A stretch of DNA of 18,386 bases. It comes from an archaeon. GTDB taxonomy: Archaea; Asgardarchaeota; Heimdallarchaeia; Heimdallarchaeales; JAJRWK01. The stretch lies in contig JAJRWK010000083.1 of NCBI GenBank assembly GCA_024276795.1, positions 1 through 18,386 on the forward strand, written 5' to 3'. The notes under the pieces were generated by a model. That model worked only from the letters and a program-made list of their open reading frames with translations. It was not told the origin of the DNA and did not search any database. This document shows positions 16,173 to 18,386 of this stretch, one piece after another (the stretch's first letter is position 1; every line of letters begins with the position of its first letter). The position numbers were made by a program, and so were the translations under genes.

Positions 16173-16599
16173 GATCAAGCATTGACACAGGACATTTTTT
16201 ATAGATAGCCGCACATACCTAACCAGAGCAATTAATATCACAAAAATCATACATTAATGGCAAGAAAATGCAGATGACATGATTAACAGACCCGTAAGAG
16301 AGAGAAAATAAGCTCTCACATTAGACATGATAGATTCTCCACCAAAAAAAACCAGATTTAATTTGGTACTTTTTTGGCCTTTTTTCTGAGGGTTTCTAAC
16401 TCCGGCGATGAAAGGTGTTAAAAAAAGCAACAACTTGAAGAAGACCAAGGCTTCCATTCTTGTTAGAGGGCACATCAGAAAACGCTGAAGAAAAGCAATG
16501 AAATTGAGAAAAGAACCGCTCAACGAAGGGCAATCAGAGCCTAAGCCCTTTGCAAGATCCGATTTTTTCACTCCACAATAGGGTAAGAGGACATGAGAA

Positions 16600-16707
16600 T
16601 GGTGGGGGTTGTGGGATTTGAACCCACGACCAACCGGTTTCTTCTCGAAGGTGTCAGAAGACACCGAGTCTGGAGCCGGTTGCGCTACCGGGCTGCGCTA
16701 AACCCCC
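16600..16707 (-). tRNA. tRNA-Trp (anticodon CCA) with a 31-nt intron in the anticodon loop and an encoded 3' CCA
   Basis: Reverse strand: GGGGGTT TA GCGC AGCCCGGTA GCGC A ACCGG CTCCAG[intron]A CCGGT TGGTC GTGGG TTCAAAT CCCAC AACCCCC A CCA. All four stems pair perfectly and the T-loop is canonical. The anticodon CCA lies at 16673-16671. G1:C72 and A73 fit archaeal/eukaryal tRNA-Trp identity. Confidence 0.9.
16639..16669 (-). other. tRNA-Trp intron (31 nt) at or next to the canonical 37/38 position
   Basis: The intron reads ACTCGGTGTCTTCTGACACCTTCGAGAAGAA. It contains a perfect 6-bp hairpin GGTGTC-TTCT-GACACC (16665-16650) nested inside CTCG...CGAG. The exact borders are ambiguous by one A on either side. 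Confidence 0.75.
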
Positions 16708-16856
16708 TAAGCCACGGAAACAACCCAAGGGGAGAACGTTCTCGTTTTCCCATTCACATGAGTTTCTTACATGTTTTTATTTTTTGTTATTTGAAAGAAT
16801 AGTCTCAATGCAAGAAAAACAGAAATACTTCCGTTGAACTGTTTCTTGAGTCTAGA

Positions 16857-17072
16857 CTAGGTCTGTGAGATAAAGCAGTCAGGGCACACACGCTTAGTAG
16901 AAACAATTGGTTTTCTCCCTCTATCCTGAGTGAGGCGAACAGAAACAAAACGGGCACAGTTTGAGCAGACCCACTTCCGACAAACCGCACATCTCATATG
17001 TTCGTAGCCTGGAAATTCCTCTTCCAAACAAACTTCGCAAACAACCCTTGGAGGGGCGACTAGACTTGACAT
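16857..17072 (-). CDS. small eight-cysteine (4 x CxxC) zinc-finger protein with FYVE-like cross-brace spacing
   Basis: 71-aa ORF with an ATG start. The Cys pattern is C12-x2-C15-x12-C28-x2-C31-x4-C36-x2-C39-x23-C63-x2-C66. The C-terminal KRVCPDCF resembles the RVCxxC(F/Y) end of FYVE fingers. Confidence 0.7.
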   Translation of the reverse strand: MSSLVAPPRVVCEVCLEEEFPGYEHMRCAVCRKWVCSNCARFVSVRLTQDRGRKPIVSTKRVCPDCFISQT

Positions 17073-17210
17073 TCAGTTAACATAAATACATTGAAAGATT
17101 TATGATTTTGTCTTGGCGAAGAAAGAAAAGCGAGAAAAAACCCCAACTAATTAATCAGAAGTATAAGAAAAACATTAAGCTAAAAGAAGCAGTCTGAGAA
17201 AAAGGCAGGA

Positions 17211-18314
17211 TCAGTCCTCGATCTTGTGAACCCAGCCAAACGGGTCTTCTTTCTCTCCGTACTGAATAGCAGTCAACTCGTCGTACAGTTGCTGAGTAAT
17301 TGAACCAACCTTACCGTCGTTGATCACGTATTCTTTGCCTTCATAATACAAGCTACCAACGGGGGTAACGACTGCAGCGGTTCCACAGCCAAAGGCTTCA
17401 GTAAGGCGACCTGATTCAATTCCCTCTACAACTTCGTCAATGCTAATCTTCCTTTCCTCAGCCTTATAGCCAAGATGTGGGGCAAGTTGAAGAATGGAAT
17501 CACGAGTAACGCCGGGAAGAATAGTACCTGTCAAGGGAGAAGTAACAACAGTATCATCAATAACGAACATCATGTTCATCGCTCCGACTTCTTCAACATA
17601 TTTGTGCTCCTTAGCATCAAGCCAGAGGACTTGGGATGCTCCGAACTTCTTAGCGTCAAGATTGGCAATAAGACTCGCGGCATAATTTCCTCCTGCCTTC
17701 ACGGCACCAGTACCCCCAGGAGCAGCTCTGGTATACTCCTTGGTCACGTAAATTTTTACCGGGTTAAACCCGCTCTTAAAGTAGGGTCCTGATGGGGACA
17801 AGATAATGTAGAAATAATACGAATCACTGGGATGCACCCCTAAAGCGGCCTCAGTTGCAATCATTGTTGGCCGGACATACATAGAAGTCCCTTTGGATCG
17901 AGGAATCCAGTCCTTTTCCAGCGACACCAAGCGATCAATGGCAAACACGAAAAACCCAGGATCGACTTCCGGCATTGCCATTCTTCTCGCCGATTGCTTA
18001 AAACGATCAGCATTCTTATCAGGGCGGAAAAGAGCAACACTACCATCGGGATGGCGATATGCTTTCAAACCTTCAAAGATTTCTTGGGCGTAGTGAAATA
18101 CAGCAACCGAGGGATCAAGCACAAAGGGCTCGTACTTCTTGATAACAGCATCTTGCCATTGACCGTCTTTGTACTCTTGCAAAAACATGCGGTCAGTGAA
18201 AAGTTGCCCAAACCCAAGGGCTGATTCGTCAGTGTACTTGGGCTTCATATCCTCTGGACGCAAATCCTCAATCTTGATGTGATACTGTCCGTGAGTTACG
18301 AGATTAGCAGTCAT
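17211..18314 (-). CDS. ilvE: branched-chain amino acid aminotransferase (long, class IV / BCAT type)
   Basis: 367-aa ORF with FGQLFTDRMF, HYAQEIFEGLKAYR, ALFRPDKNADRF, SMYVRP, the PLP-lysine block GGTGAVKAGGNYAASL, ILPGVTRDSIL and AFGCGTAAVVTPV. These are typical of the ~360-aa BCAT family. Confidence 0.95.
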   Translation of the reverse strand: MTANLVTHGQYHIKIEDLRPEDMKPKYTDESALGFGQLFTDRMFLQEYKDGQWQDAVIKKYEPFVLDPSVAVFHYAQEIFEGLKAYRHPDGSVALFRPDKNADRFKQSARRMAMPEVDPGFFVFAIDRLVSLEKDWIPRSKGTSMYVRPTMIATEAALGVHPSDSYYFYIILSPSGPYFKSGFNPVKIYVTKEYTRAAPGGTGAVKAGGNYAASLIANLDAKKFGASQVLWLDAKEHKYVEEVGAMNMMFVIDDTVVTSPLTGTILPGVTRDSILQLAPHLGYKAEERKISIDEVVEGIESGRLTEAFGCGTAAVVTPVGSLYYEGKEYVINDGKVGSITQQLYDELTAIQYGEKEDPFGWVHKIED

Positions 18315-18386
18315 CGATATTAAATTAGTTTGAAACTCTTTGAAGTTTTCCCACGCTTTGTGAATAATTACACATTCGTTGCAAAC

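Noticed and set aside
16173-16599. Possible stand-alone box C/D sRNA or other ncRNA between vapC and tRNA-Trp
   Set aside because: Only isolated gatga and ctga strings are present, without the C-D'-C'-D order or spacing. No convincing structure by eye.
16639-16669. Box C/D guide RNA inside the tRNA-Trp intron (known for some archaeal tRNA-Trp introns)
   Set aside because: The intron is only 31 nt. It contains a single CTGA and no RUGAUGA box, so it is too short for a C/D sRNA.
16254-16802. Track ORFs 16254-16664(-) and 16593-16802(+)
   Set aside because: Both run through the tRNA-Trp gene and are artefacts of it. An internal 67-codon piece (ATG at 16457 down to 16254, MEALVFFKLLLFLTPFIAG...LTGLLIMSSAFSCH) has two hydrophobic helices and could be a small membrane protein. 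I have no further support for it.
18315-18386. Open reading frames on the minus strand upstream of the ilvE ATG. One is in frame with ilvE (VCNECVIIHKAWENFKEFQTNLIS-M...). Another ends at TAA 18327-18325.
   Set aside because: Only ~20 codons are visible. A 367-aa product already matches full-length BCATs, so an N-terminal extension is unlikely. Too little sequence to call a neighbouring gene.
1-18386. CRISPR arrays, IS elements/transposases, integrases and rRNA
   Set aside because: I saw no regularly spaced 25-40-nt direct repeats. No ORF has DDE/HUH or tyrosine/serine recombinase motifs, and there are no long GC-rich structured RNA stretches other than the single tRNA.

Overview
AT-rich, gene-dense window that looks archaeal. 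The assignment rests on an intron-containing tRNA-Trp with G1:C72 and discriminator A73, an N-terminally extended AMP-phosphorylase-type DeoA homologue, and a NikR regulator. Housekeeping genes are a partial MFS transporter, nadA, AMP phosphorylase, a long-form branched-chain aminotransferase, a GNAT, a Nudix hydrolase and NikR. Two accessory stretches interrupt them. (i) 8345-10265 holds a coiled-coil/PD-(D/E)xK-like protein followed by small ORFs; one is split by a frameshift at an A7 slippery tract, and one is HEPN-like with an Rx4H motif. (ii) 12321-16599 lies off the 3' end of tRNA-Trp. It holds a Trp-rich polytopic membrane protein with an N-terminal clan-CD-like His/Cys dyad, a small signal-peptide ORF just upstream, an orphan tail-anchored protein, a gene-poor gap and a VapBC pair. 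Two other items stand out: a polytopic-membrane::EEP phosphoesterase fusion next to a lysophospholipase-like hydrolase, and a 71-aa eight-Cys zinc finger with FYVE-like spacing. I saw no CRISPR array, rRNA, transposase or integrase. All functional calls come from reading motifs by eye; no searches were run.
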